Shown here: one piece after another, positions 17,519 to 32,000 of the stretch
Layout of the letters: every line of letters begins with the position of its first letter
Numbering within the stretch: position 1 is the first letter of the stretch
NCBI GenBank assembly: GCA_016200135.1
Contig: JACQFI010000008.1
Span: forward strand, 7,968-71,967
Length of the DNA: 64,000 nt
DNA from: Planctomycetota bacterium
GTDB lineage: Bacteria; Planctomycetota; SZUA-567; H5-PLA8
Direction: 5' to 3'
Made by a program: the position numbers and the translations under genes
The notes under the pieces: model-generated
The model's input: the letters and a program-made list of their open reading frames with translations, nothing else
Databases searched by the model: none
What the model was told of the DNA's origin: nothing

Positions 17519-18348
17519 GCGCCTTCAAGGCCCGACTGAACCGGCTGTTGGCCCGCGACGGCAAGATGTTCGACGTCGCGATCGACCACGGGTTCTTCAA
17601 CGAGGCCGCGTTCCTCGGCGGCATCGAGGACATGGCGAAGGCCGTGGCTACCGTCGTCGCGGAGGGCCCGGACGCGATCCAACTCAGCGTGGGCCAGGCC
17701 GAAGTGCTCCAGAAGATCCCCGGCAAGCAGAAGCCCGCGCTGGTGCTGCGCACCGACGTGGCCAACTGCTACGGCCCGAATTATCCGCGGCATCTCTTCA
17801 GCCGGCTGATCGAGGACTGCGTCGTGCAGGCGGTGCGGCTCGACGCCGCCTGCCTGTGCGTGAACCTGCTGCTGCTGCCGGACCAGCCGGAACTGCACGA
17901 ACAGTGCGTCTCCAACATCTGCAAGCTCAAGCCTGAATGCGACAAGTACGGCATGCCGCTTATGGTCGAGCCCCTGGTGATGAAGCAGCGCGAGGACGGC
18001 AAGGGCTACACGGTCGATGGCAGCCTGGCTGTAATCACGGCGCTGGTGCGCCAAGGCAAGGAACTCGGCGCGGACCTGATCAAGTGCGATCCTTGCGATG
18101 ACGTGAAGCAGTACCACAAGGTCATCGAGGCCGCCGGGTGCCCGGTGCTGCCGCGCGGCGGCGGGCGCGCCGAGGACCGGGAGATCTTCGCGCGCACGGT
18201 GGAACTGCTGAAGCAGGGCGCGAGCGGGATCGTGTACGGCCGGAACGTGATCCAACATCGGAATCCGCTGGGCATGACCAAGGCGTTCATGGCGATCGTC
18301 CACGAAGGCGCGGGCGTCGAGGACGCGCTGAAGATCGTGAACGGCTAG
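17515..18348 (+). CDS. Class I aldolase (DeoC/LacD/DhnA-FbaB family)
   Basis: Overall similarity pattern to the PF01791-type TIM-barrel aldolases (for example ADLIKCD). The start overlaps the GntR stop by 4 nt (ATGA). Confidence 0.55.
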   Translation: MSAFKARLNRLLARDGKMFDVAIDHGFFNEAAFLGGIEDMAKAVATVVAEGPDAIQLSVGQAEVLQKIPGKQKPALVLRTDVANCYGPNYPRHLFSRLIEDCVVQAVRLDAACLCVNLLLLPDQPELHEQCVSNICKLKPECDKYGMPLMVEPLVMKQREDGKGYTVDGSLAVITALVRQGKELGADLIKCDPCDDVKQYHKVIEAAGCPVLPRGGGRAEDREIFARTVELLKQGASGIVYGRNVIQHRNPLGMTKAFMAIVHEGAGVEDALKIVNG

Positions 18349-18354
18349 CAACCA

Positions 18355-18600
18355 CAGATGAACACGGATGAACGCAGATACGGCGACGAACAGAACGGAA
18401 GCGATTTGCCGCCAAGGCGCCGAGAGCGCCAAGAACGAATTCAATAGGAAGGGATCAAAATACCGAGGGGATAGGCGGTTCTTGATGTTTGGCGTTCGGA
18501 ATGCTGCACGGGTGAATGCCAGCCATAAACGAAGGAGCTAAGGCGGAGCCGTTCCGTGTAGTTCATCTGTGTCGATCTATGTTTATCTGTGGTTTGGAGG
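18355..18600. repeat. Low-GC structured intergenic element bounded by imperfect inverted repeats (CCACAGATGAACACGGATGAAC ... GTTCATCTGTGTCGATCTATGTTTATCTGTGG), containing a CCGCCAAGGCGCCGAGAGCGCCAAGAACGA motif
   Basis: Read from the sequence. It lies between the aldolase and Gfo/Idh/MocA genes of the same operon. Confidence 0.55.
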
Positions 18601-18605
18601 CTGTC

Positions 18606-19754
18606 ATGAGGACGATCAAATTTGGGATCATCGGCTGCGGGCTGATGGGGCGCGAGTTTGCCAGTGCGGCGGCGCGGTGGGGGCACTTGCTCGACCTGGA
18701 CGTGAAGCCCGAGATCGTGGCGGTGTGCGACAAGAACGCGGAGCTCTTCGGCTGGTATCGCGAGCACTTCCCGTCGATCAAGCAGTTCACGGGCGAGCAC
18801 AAGGAGATGCTCGCGAATCCGGACGTCGAGGCCGTCTACTGCGCGGTGCCGCATAACCTGCACGCGGACCTGTACCGCGACATCGTCGCCGCGGGCAAGC
18901 ACCTGCTCGGCGAGAAGCCGTTCGGCATCGACCGCGAGGCCAATGCGAAGATACTCGAGGCGCTCCAGGCGCACCCGCGGGTCTTCGTGCGCTGTTCCTC
19001 CGAGTTCCCCTTCTTTCCCGCGGCGCAGCGGATCGTCAAGGCGGCGCGCGAAGGGCGCTTCGGCACGATTCTCGAAGTGAGCGCCGGGCTGCACCACAGT
19101 TCGGATATGGACCCGCACAAGCCGATCAACTGGAAGCGCATGGTGAAGTTCAACGGCGCGTACGGCTGCATGGGCGACCTGGGGATGCACACGCTTCACA
19201 TCCCGCTGCGCCTGGGCTGGAAGCCGAAGAACGTGCGCGCGATTCTCTCGAAGATCGTGAAGGAACGCCCCGACGGCAAGGGCGGCCGCGCGCCCTGCGA
19301 GACCTGGGACAACGCGACGCTGCTCTGCACGGCCACCGACCCGCGCCACAACGCCGACTTCCCGCTGACGCTCACGACCAAGCGCATCAGTCCCGGCGAC
19401 ACGAACACGTGGTTTATCTCGGTGAAGGGAACCGCGTGTTCGATGGAGTTCAACAGCCGCTACCCCAAGACGCTGCGCACACTCGATTATGTTCCCGGCG
19501 GCGAACAGGCCTGGCGCGAGGAAGATCTGGGCTACCAGACGGCGTTCAAGAGCATCACCGGACACATCTTCGAGTTCGGTTTCAGCGACGCGATCCTGCA
19601 GATGTGGGCCGCGTTCTGCGTGGAACTTGCGCATGGCCCGGACGCGGCGGCGTTTGGATGCGTGAAGCCGGAAGAGACGGCGCTGCAGCACGCGCTGTTC
19701 ACGGCGGCGCTGAAGTCGCACAAGGAGAACAGCGTCGTCACGATTGACGATTGA
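18606..19754 (+). CDS. Gfo/Idh/MocA-family NAD(P)-dependent oxidoreductase
   Basis: N-terminal Rossmann motif KFGIIGCGLMGREF, the family EKP motif LLGEKPF, and a GGAGG RBS. Confidence 0.8.
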   Translation: MRTIKFGIIGCGLMGREFASAAARWGHLLDLDVKPEIVAVCDKNAELFGWYREHFPSIKQFTGEHKEMLANPDVEAVYCAVPHNLHADLYRDIVAAGKHLLGEKPFGIDREANAKILEALQAHPRVFVRCSSEFPFFPAAQRIVKAAREGRFGTILEVSAGLHHSSDMDPHKPINWKRMVKFNGAYGCMGDLGMHTLHIPLRLGWKPKNVRAILSKIVKERPDGKGGRAPCETWDNATLLCTATDPRHNADFPLTLTTKRISPGDTNTWFISVKGTACSMEFNSRYPKTLRTLDYVPGGEQAWREEDLGYQTAFKSITGHIFEFGFSDAILQMWAAFCVELAHGPDAAAFGCVKPEETALQHALFTAALKSHKENSVVTIDD

Positions 19755-19821
19755 CGATTTACAATTGACGATTGGGGTCGCGAAAATAACTCGGGCACAA
19801 TCGTCAATTGTAAATTGTAAA
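19742..19821. repeat. Low-GC inverted-repeat element (GATTGACGATTTACAATTGACGATTGG ... CAATCGTCAATTGTAAATTGTAAATCGTAAAT), MITE-like, overlapping the 3' end of the oxidoreductase gene
   Basis: Read from the sequence; a motif copy also occurs at 10742-10768. Confidence 0.6.
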
Positions 19822-19850
19822 TCGTAAATTCAAAACAAAAGGAGGATGCG

Positions 19851-20897
19851 ATGGCAGAGATTACGTGTGGCAAGGCGGTCTTCCGGTTCTCGGTGGGCCC
19901 CTGGAACCTGCATCCGGGCGCGGACCCGTTCGGGCCGCCGGTGCGGCACGAGTTCGACTTCGACGCGAAGATCGCGATCTTCAAGAAGATCGGCTTCGAC
20001 GCGATTCAGTTTCACGACGACGACGTCTGCCCGGCGGAACTCTCGCCCGCCGCGACGAGCCGCGCCGTGAAAGAGATGAAGAAACTGCTCAAGGACAACG
20101 GCCTTGAAGCGGAGTTCGTCGCGCCGCGGCTGTGGGAGCATCCGAATACGATCGACGGCGGCTGGACGAGCAACAACGCCAAGGAGCGCGCGTACGCGCT
20201 TGAGCGCAGCAAGCGCGCCATCGACATCGCCAACGAGATCGGCACGCGGCGGATCGTGCTCTGGCCCGCGCGCGAAGGCACGTACATCCGCGAGTCCAAG
20301 GATCCGTTCGAGAGCTACAAGCGCTATCTGGACTACCTCAATGCGCTCCTGACCTACGACCGCGGGGTAGTGTTGCTCGGCGAGATGAAGCCCAACGAGC
20401 CCACCGACGCCGCGTATCTGCCGACGCCGGGGCACTTCCTGGCTATGGGCGCGCGCACGAAGGACCCCAAGCGCGTCGGCGTGCTGATCGAGTCCGCGCA
20501 TTCGCTGCTGCTGGGCGTCGATCCCAGCGACGACATGGCCTTCTCGATGGCTTGCGGCAAACTCTGGGGCGTGCACCTGAACGACCAGGACGGCCTGAAG
20601 TACGACCAGGACAAGTCGTTCGGCGCGGTGAACATCCGCCGCGCGTTCAACCAGGTGTGGGTGCTCGCGCGCGGCGGCTTTGGGCGCAAGGGCGAGTACG
20701 TCGGCCTGGACGTGAAGGCCATGCGCACGCAGCGGCAGGACGCGAGCATGCGCCATCTCGAGAACAGCCTGCGCTTCTTCAAGGACCTCTGCGAGGCCGT
20801 GAAGCGCGTCAACCTGAAGACCGTGCAGGGTTTTAGGGATGCGCGGGATTATGAGGCCCTGGAGGCGTACATTGTTCGGCTTCTGATGGGTAAGTAA
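19851..20897 (+). CDS. Xylose isomerase family protein (class I XylA-like TIM-barrel sugar isomerase)
   Basis: Segments FHDDD, the signature KPNEP and LKYDQD align with the class I xylose isomerase metal and catalytic regions. AGGAGG RBS. Confidence 0.7.
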   Translation: MAEITCGKAVFRFSVGPWNLHPGADPFGPPVRHEFDFDAKIAIFKKIGFDAIQFHDDDVCPAELSPAATSRAVKEMKKLLKDNGLEAEFVAPRLWEHPNTIDGGWTSNNAKERAYALERSKRAIDIANEIGTRRIVLWPAREGTYIRESKDPFESYKRYLDYLNALLTYDRGVVLLGEMKPNEPTDAAYLPTPGHFLAMGARTKDPKRVGVLIESAHSLLLGVDPSDDMAFSMACGKLWGVHLNDQDGLKYDQDKSFGAVNIRRAFNQVWVLARGGFGRKGEYVGLDVKAMRTQRQDASMRHLENSLRFFKDLCEAVKRVNLKTVQGFRDARDYEALEAYIVRLLMGK

Positions 20898-21346
20898 TTT
20901 GAAACAGGGTTGTTGCAAACTCAATTAGGCACTTGGTACGCACCTCTGGCACCACGTTGCGCAGTGCAGTGGCCGGATTCATACAACCTTAAATATTTAA
21001 ATACCTTGGGTTCGAGTAGCCCAAGGTGCAATTATATTTTCCATCTATTGACTTTATAGCTAAAGTGCGATATTTTTCATTGTGCAGTCTAGGTTGATGG
21101 CCTGTTCTTTGGCATCCGGAAGCCCAAAGCTAAACCTGTAGCGGCTGTAACCTCAAGAGAATCAATCTCTTCCCGTTTACTTCTCAGCCAACAGGAATCC
21201 GCTGAAGCGGCCATGACTGCGCTTCGTCGGATGTAGTCGCGGGCTTTGGCTGGGGAACGGGTCCTGCAATTGCTGTCTAAACGGATGGCGCCTGAAGGTT
21301 GTGCGGCGTCGAACACCATGATCCCCATACGGGGAGGGAAAAGAAA

Positions 21347-23404
<2,058 letters not shown>

Positions 23405-23454
23405 GCGCAGGAGACCGGCGCAGGTGCCGAAGGGAATTCAGCCGGCGGAAAGGA

Positions 23455-24102
23455 ATGGCCGTGGCGTCCCAGCAGGAACCTCAACCCCAGTTGCCGTGGC
23501 ACTCCCGCATGCGCGCCGCGATGGCGCGCGGCGGTTCGGCCGGCTGGCTGATCGCCACGCTGCTGCAAGGCCTGCTGACGTGGGCGTTCATCGGCGTTTC
23601 GGAGTTGAGCGCGGGCTGGCCTTGGGCGAACCAGGCGCGGCTGCTCGTGGTCATCGCGATCCTGGCGACGTGGGGCATGGCGCTGCGGACCATTCGCGCG
23701 CGGCTGGTCGAACTGATCCGCGTCTGGCACCGCAAGCTGGTCGAGAAGAGCGGCACAGGCGGACTGGGGGCCATCTCGAAGAAACTGCTGGTGAGGCAGG
23801 AGAAGTACGTGCACGCCACCATGACGCGCCTGCGCATCATCGCCGCGGGCATCACGATACCGTTCTTCGTGATGCCGGTCTTCGTCGCGGTGCTCTGCTT
23901 TGCAATCGCCTGGCACAGCGGGAAGAACGAACTCGTCAGCCTGGCGGTGGTCTGTTCCGCGATGGCGGCGGTGGTCGCGTATTACTTCCGCTGGTCGATC
24001 CTGGCGGCGCCGGTGGAAGCGACCGAGGCGCCCGCGCGCATCGCGATGGACCGGCACATCCCGGCGCGGCTGCGCAGAAAGTGGAAGCAGGGCAACGATT
24101 GA
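23455..24102 (+). CDS. Hypothetical polytopic membrane protein, inserted between prkA and yeaH
   Basis: Four or five hydrophobic helices and no known domain. It is co-oriented with, and tightly spaced against, the flanking genes. Confidence 0.5.
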   Translation: MAVASQQEPQPQLPWHSRMRAAMARGGSAGWLIATLLQGLLTWAFIGVSELSAGWPWANQARLLVVIAILATWGMALRTIRARLVELIRVWHRKLVEKSGTGGLGAISKKLLVRQEKYVHATMTRLRIIAAGITIPFFVMPVFVAVLCFAIAWHSGKNELVSLAVVCSAMAAVVAYYFRWSILAAPVEATEAPARIAMDRHIPARLRRKWKQGND

Positions 24103-24139
24103 TCCGGGCCGGTAGAGGGGCCGGTCCACGAGGCGGAAC

Positions 24140-25270
<1,131 letters not shown>

Positions 25271-25407
25271 ATCAAAGGCCATGCCATGGGCGAGTTTCGC
25301 GAAAAATTGGTTGAGGGTTGTTTCGTCGAGTTGATCTTGCTTGCCATTGTCTCATGCGTTGCGGTGCTCTGGTGGTACTGGCTTAGGTAGGACGAGGTCA
25401 CGACTGG

Positions 25408-26922
25408 ATGAACCTTACCGCCGAACTCGACGACCTGAAGGAAGAGATCAAGGCTTACGCCATTGATTGCGGCCTCGACTTCTTCGACGTGGTCTTCGAG
25501 CTCTGCACGCACGACCAGATCAACCAGATCGCGGCGCTGGGCGGCTTTCCCACGCGCTACCCGCATTGGCGCTTCGGCATGGAGTACGAGAAGCTCAGCA
25601 AGAGCTACACGTACGGCCTCTCGAAGATCTACGAGATGGTCATCAACAACGATCCGTGCTACGCGTACCTGATGATCAGCAACCCGCTCGTGGACCAGAA
25701 GCTCGTGATGGCGCACGTCTACGCGCACTCGGACTTCTTCAAGAGCAATCTCTACTTCGCGCACACCAGCCGCAAGGCCATCGACGAGATGGCCAACCAC
25801 GGCGCGCGGGCGCGCGCGCATGCGGAGCGCCACGGGCATGAGAAGGTCGAGGGGTTCCTCGACTGCTGCCTATCCATCGACAACCTGATCGACGTCCATT
25901 CCACCGGGATCCGCCGCCACGCGGAAGCGCGCAGCAAGACGCGTTTCCTCGAAGAGCCGGAAGACGACGCGACCAAGGTCGAGCGTATCCGCGCCAAAGA
26001 CTACATGGACCGCTTCGTGAACCCGAAGGAGTTCCTCGACCAGAAGAAGAAGGAGTTGGAAGAGGAGCAGAAGAAAAAGAAGCGCATCCCCGAGGAGCCC
26101 GAGCGCGACATCCTGCATTTCCTGCTCGAATACGCGCCGCTCGAACGCTGGCAGCACGACGTCCTCTCGATGATCCGCGAAGAGGCGTACTACTTCGCGC
26201 CGCAGTGGATGACGAAAATCATGAACGAGGGCTGGGCGACGTACTGGCACTCGAAGATGATGACCGAGCAGCTCTGCACCGACCAGGAGATCATCGATTT
26301 CGCCGACCACCACAGCGGCACGGTGGCGCAGGCGCCGGGGCAGATCAATCCGTACAAGGTCGGCGTGGAACTCTACCGCGACATCGAGGAACGCTGGAAC
26401 AAGGGCCGCCACGGCAGCGCGTGGGATACCTGCGAAGATTTCGAGAAGCGCAGGAGCTGGGACACGCACGCGATGGGCGGGCGCGAGAAGATCTTCGAGG
26501 TCCGGCGCTTCCACAACGACGTCACGTTCATCGATACGTTCCTGACGCCCGAGTTCTGCGACGAGCACAAGCTCTACCAGTACAAGTACAACCCGAAGTC
26601 GGGCGTCTACGAGATCGTCAGCCGCGACTTCGACCTGATCAAGCGGCAGTTGCTCGCGAGTCTGACCAACGGCGGACAGCCGTTCATCTATGTTACCGAC
26701 GGCAACTACGGCAACCGCGGCGAACTGTACCTCAAGCATCGCTACGAAGGCGTGGAACTGAAGCTCGACTACGCGCGCGACACGATCCGGAACATCCAGA
26801 AGATCTGGTCCCGCCCCGTCCACCTCGAGACGGTGCTCGGCGGCAAGGCCCGGCTGGTGTCCTACGACGGCACCGAGCACAAGGACATCGAGATTGCCTC
26901 CGATAGCGCCGAAGCCTCCTGA
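25408..26922 (+). CDS. spoVR: SpoVR-family protein
   Basis: Conserved SpoVR/YcgB segments such as YGLSKIYEMVINNDPCYAYLM and WATYWHSK. This is the third member of the conserved prkA module. Confidence 0.85.
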   Translation: MNLTAELDDLKEEIKAYAIDCGLDFFDVVFELCTHDQINQIAALGGFPTRYPHWRFGMEYEKLSKSYTYGLSKIYEMVINNDPCYAYLMISNPLVDQKLVMAHVYAHSDFFKSNLYFAHTSRKAIDEMANHGARARAHAERHGHEKVEGFLDCCLSIDNLIDVHSTGIRRHAEARSKTRFLEEPEDDATKVERIRAKDYMDRFVNPKEFLDQKKKELEEEQKKKKRIPEEPERDILHFLLEYAPLERWQHDVLSMIREEAYYFAPQWMTKIMNEGWATYWHSKMMTEQLCTDQEIIDFADHHSGTVAQAPGQINPYKVGVELYRDIEERWNKGRHGSAWDTCEDFEKRRSWDTHAMGGREKIFEVRRFHNDVTFIDTFLTPEFCDEHKLYQYKYNPKSGVYEIVSRDFDLIKRQLLASLTNGGQPFIYVTDGNYGNRGELYLKHRYEGVELKLDYARDTIRNIQKIWSRPVHLETVLGGKARLVSYDGTEHKDIEIASDSAEAS

Positions 26923-26936
26923 ATTCTTATGTTTCA

Positions 26937-27017
26937 TTTTCGATTTCGGATTTTGGATTTAACGGCGGGCCTCATGCCGTTGCGCAAATCCAAAATCGCA
27001 AATCCGAAATCCAAAAT
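26937..27017. other. Nested hairpin structure downstream of spoVR: long AT-rich inverted repeat (CGATTTCGGATTTTGGATTT / AAATCCAAAATCGCAAATCCGAAATC) enclosing a GC hairpin (AACGGCGGGCCTCATGCCGTT)
   Basis: Read from the sequence. It may be an unusual terminator or a small structured RNA. Confidence 0.45.
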
Positions 27018-27129
27018 GATAATGGAGAAGGGACCGGCATGGCGGGCCCAAATCGTTCGGCGCTGGCAACAAAACCGCTCGCGGCTAAAGTGGTGCATGC
27101 CAGTACGCTGAAACCGGGAGGTCGCACCG

Positions 27130-27606
27130 ATGCGTGAATTGCTCGGGCTGTCGTTAGCGGTGCTTGTTTTGGCCGGTTCCGCGAACCTGCAAGCCGCCGA
27201 TGCCGCGGCGGGCAGCCACGAACGCGCGGTGAATGCCGCAATCGTGGCGCTCTGCCTGGAAGCGTACATCCATCCGTGCGATGTCATGCGGACCGAAGTC
27301 ACGAAGGACGGCCGGACCGCCACGATCCTGCGCGCGCCGTATTCCGACTGGATGAACCTCGCTGCCAAGGCGGAGGTGGAGATTCGGGGAGGAGAAGGCG
27401 GATCGAAGCTCGAGATCAAGACCAAGGTCACCACGGGGAACCTGGTCTGGACGCGGCACAAGGATTTCGACGAACGCCTGCGCGCGCGCATCGACCACTG
27501 TCTTGCCTGCGTGAAGCTGAACGATACGCAGCCGACGCCGTTGCCGCCCGCGCCGATTCCCAAGCCGAAGGTCATCGAGCCGCCTCCGCCCAGAACGACG
27601 AAGTAG
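27130..27606 (+). CDS. Secreted hypothetical protein with a Pro-rich C-terminus
   Basis: Signal peptide LSLAVLVLAGSANLQA. Confidence 0.4.
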   Translation: MRELLGLSLAVLVLAGSANLQAADAAAGSHERAVNAAIVALCLEAYIHPCDVMRTEVTKDGRTATILRAPYSDWMNLAAKAEVEIRGGEGGSKLEIKTKVTTGNLVWTRHKDFDERLRARIDHCLACVKLNDTQPTPLPPAPIPKPKVIEPPPPRTTK

Positions 27607-27666
27607 CCCGGCGTTCCGGCGGCGGCGCGTCCGGTCGTGGCAGGCGGTCAGGCGAGGGCCGGCGGC

Positions 27667-28926
<1,260 letters not shown>

Positions 28927-28943
28927 AGCGAATTCTGAGCCAA

Positions 28944-28982
28944 TAAAAAAGACGGAGCCCAGCTTTGGGCTCCCTCTTTGCT
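28944..28982. terminator. Bidirectional rho-independent terminator (A-run, GGAGCCC-AGCTTT-GGGCTCC, T-run) between convergent genes
   Basis: Hairpin flanked by AAAAAA and TCTTTGCTTT. Confidence 0.6.
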
Positions 28983-29019
28983 TTCATTCACGCGGCAAAC
29001 CGCGCAGCAGGATGTACGC

Positions 29020-32000
29020 CTAGGCTTTTTTCTCGAACCACTTCGACCACATTGAGTCTTTACCGTCGTGCGGTCCCGGGCCAGTGCCCGGTTTGGCCGC
29101 ACCTTGCGCCGGCGCCACTGCGGGCTTGGGCGGCTGCGGCTTCGCGGCTACGGTGGTCGCGGCCGGCTTGGCCGCCGGGTTCGGTTGCCCGGAGGCAGCG
29201 GCCGGGCGCTGCTGGGGCGGGGGAGCGATCACGGTCTTCTCGACCGTCGCGAGACGGGCGTTGGAAGCCGCCGCGGCGGGAACGTTATGCGTCACCGCGC
29301 GCTGCTGGCCGCTGCCCGTGGCCGAGGCTCCGCCCGAAGGCGGCGGCTGCTTGGGCGGCTGCGGCGGAGCGGGCGGCTGTTCCTTGGCCGCGATCTGCGC
29401 CTGCTTGGACGGCTCGCCCAGCAGCGTGCGCATCCGTTCCGCGAACTGCTGGGTGAGCTGGTCGATGTTGTTCTGCTGCGCGTCGCCGGACCCGCCCAGC
29501 TTCTCGTAGCGTTTCTTGATCTCCTCGAGCTGCGAGCTGGCCTGCTTGAGCTGCTGGATCAGGCTCGCGTTGTCCGTCGCCAGCGCCGCCATGCCACGCT
29601 TGAACTCGGAGGCCATCGCTTCCATGCTGATCTCGGCGGTCTCGCGGTAGCGGTTGTACTCGTGCTGGAGCTTCTGCAGGTCGGTGGTGAGCTGCGCGAT
29701 GCGGGCGTTGCCTTCCGCGCGGTCGCGGATGGCGATCTCCTTCGCCTCCTTCTCCGCACTCAGACTCGACGAAAGGCTCGCGAGCTTGCCTTGCAGGTCG
29801 CGATTCGTGGAACTCAGCGTGTCGCGTTCCTGCTGCGTGCGGGTATGCGCGGACTTCTCGCCCTGGAGCAGAGACTTGAGTTCCGCGTTCTTGGATTCGA
29901 GCTCGCGGCGGGCGATGGCCAGCGTGTCGCGTTCCTTGAGCGCCTTGTCCTTTACTTCGGTCTCGATGGCGTAGCGGCTCTCGATGTCCGCGAGCCGGGC
30001 CTGCGCGGCGTTCAAGCCCTCGGAGAGCTCCGCGGCGCGGCGCAGCGAGGTCTCCTTCGCCGCGCGCTCGAGGCTGAGCTGCGAGTCGAGGTCCGCGGCG
30101 CGGGACTCCAGCGCGCGCTTGGCCTCGGAGAGCTCGTTGCGCCGCAGCGTGACGGCCTCCTTGGCTTCGCGTTCCGATTGGAGCTGCGCCTGATTGACCG
30201 AGTGGCGGGTCTCCAGCTCGCGCCGCGAATCGGCCAGTTCGGCGATCTTCTTGGTTGCGGCTCTGCTCGCTTCGGTCTCGGAGGCCAGGCGCTTTTCCAG
30301 TTCGGCGACGCGGGCATCGAGGTTCGCGCGGGCCTCGGAGAGCATGCCGCGGTCCTTGAGCGCGGCTTCCTTGGCCTCGCGTTCGGCGGTCAGGCGCACG
30401 GTCAGTTCGGCGGTCTTGGCTTCGAGGTCCTTGCGGGTCGAGCCGAGGTCCTCGCGGAGCTTCTGCTCGGTGGTCTCCCACTCCTGCTTCTCGAGTTCGA
30501 AGAACTCCTGCTGCTCGCGCAGCTTCTGCTCGCGTTCCTCGCGGAGCTTCTGTTCGCGCGCGTCGTATTCCTTGTGCTCGCGTTCCTCGCGCTGCTTCTG
30601 CTCGCGAGATTCGGTCTCGCGCCGCTCGCGCTCCTCGCGCTCGCGCTGTTCCTGGCGCTCATGGTCGCGGCGTTCCTTCTCGGCGGCCTCGACCGTCATG
30701 CGCTCGAAGCGTTCGCGATCGCTCTCGAGCTTGGTCTCCAGTTCGGTGATTTTGGTCTCGAGCTCGCGCCGGAGATCGGCCATCTCCGCGCGCTTTTTGA
30801 GCGCCGCTTCCTTGGACTCGGATTCGACCGAGAGGCGTTTGGTCAGTTCGGCGACCTTGACCTCCAGCGCGGAACGCGCCTCCGACTGCTCGTTGCGCTC
30901 CTTGAGCGCCTGGGTTTTCGAGGAGCGTTCCGCCGAGAGCGCCGATTCGAGCCCGGAGGTCTTGGCATCCAGATCTTTCTGGAGGTTGGCCAATTCCTCG
31001 CGCAGCTTCTTCTCGGCGGCCTCGCGCTCCTTCTTTTCGCGTTCGAGCGATTCTTTGAGCGCCTTCTCCCGCTCCGAAAGCTCTTTGTCGTCGCGCTCGG
31101 TCTTTTCCCGTTTTTCCTTGCTCATGCGTTGACGCTCCTTTAAGGCCTGCTCTTCTTTTTGACGTTCCGCGCGCGCGCGCGCCTCGCGTTCGTTGCGGTC
31201 GCGATCGAGTGCTTCCATGGCCTGCTTCAGCAGGGCTTCCTGTTCCAAGCGGTCCTTCTCGTCCTGCTCGGCCTGGAAGAGCGCTTTCAGTTCGCGGTCT
31301 TCCCGCAGCTTGCGTTCGTGTTCCTCCAGAACCGCGGCTTCCTGCTTGCGGTACGCGTGCTCGCGCGCCTCGCGCTCGCGCGCGGCCTGTTCGGCCTGCT
31401 TCCGGCGTTCCTGGGCCTGCTTTTGTAACTCGTTCAGTTCGGTCTTCAACAGCGCGGAAAGTCTTTGCGTCTCGGCGGCCAGGCGGTCCTTCTCGCGTTT
31501 CTCGGACGCGGCCGCCCATTCGAGGTTGCGGGCCTTGATCTCCGCGCGAATCTCGGCGGCGCGCTTCTGCTTGGCTTCGTCCAGGAACATCTGTTCCAGC
31601 TCGGAGGCTTCCTGCTCGGCCTGGCGCTGGCGCGCGCGGATCGCTTCGCTCTCGGATTCGATCCGGGCCAATTCGGCCTGCTCCCGAATCTGTAGCGATT
31701 GCGCGAACGCGTGCACGGCGGCACGGTCCTTCTCCTGGATCTCCGCGACGGCTTTTCCGAGCACCGTAGTGAACTCGCTGCGGCGCGTCTCGGCCAAGGC
31801 GCGGGCTTCGGCCAGTTCGCGCTCGAGTTGCTCGGCCTCTGCGCGTTCGCGGCGCTCTTTCTCGGCCTGCGCCGCCGCCTCCGCGGCTTCCGCGGCCTGG
31901 CGTTCGGCCTCCGCGCGCGCGACGCGTTCGGCTTCTTCGCGGACCAGGCGCGCGGCTTCTTCCTTGGCTTTGCGTTCCTCGTCGAGCTGGGCCTGCTTCG

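Noticed and set aside
20947-20960. Sigma-54 promoter-like TGGCAC...TTGC upstream of prkA.
   Set aside because: The GG-to-GC spacing is 9 nt rather than the required 10. It does not fit the -24/-12 geometry.
20975-21010. tRNA-like GGTTCGAGT... hairpin (CCTTGGG-TTCGAGTAGC-CCAAGG).
   Set aside because: Only a T-arm-like fragment. No acceptor stem, D arm or anticodon arm can be built around it.
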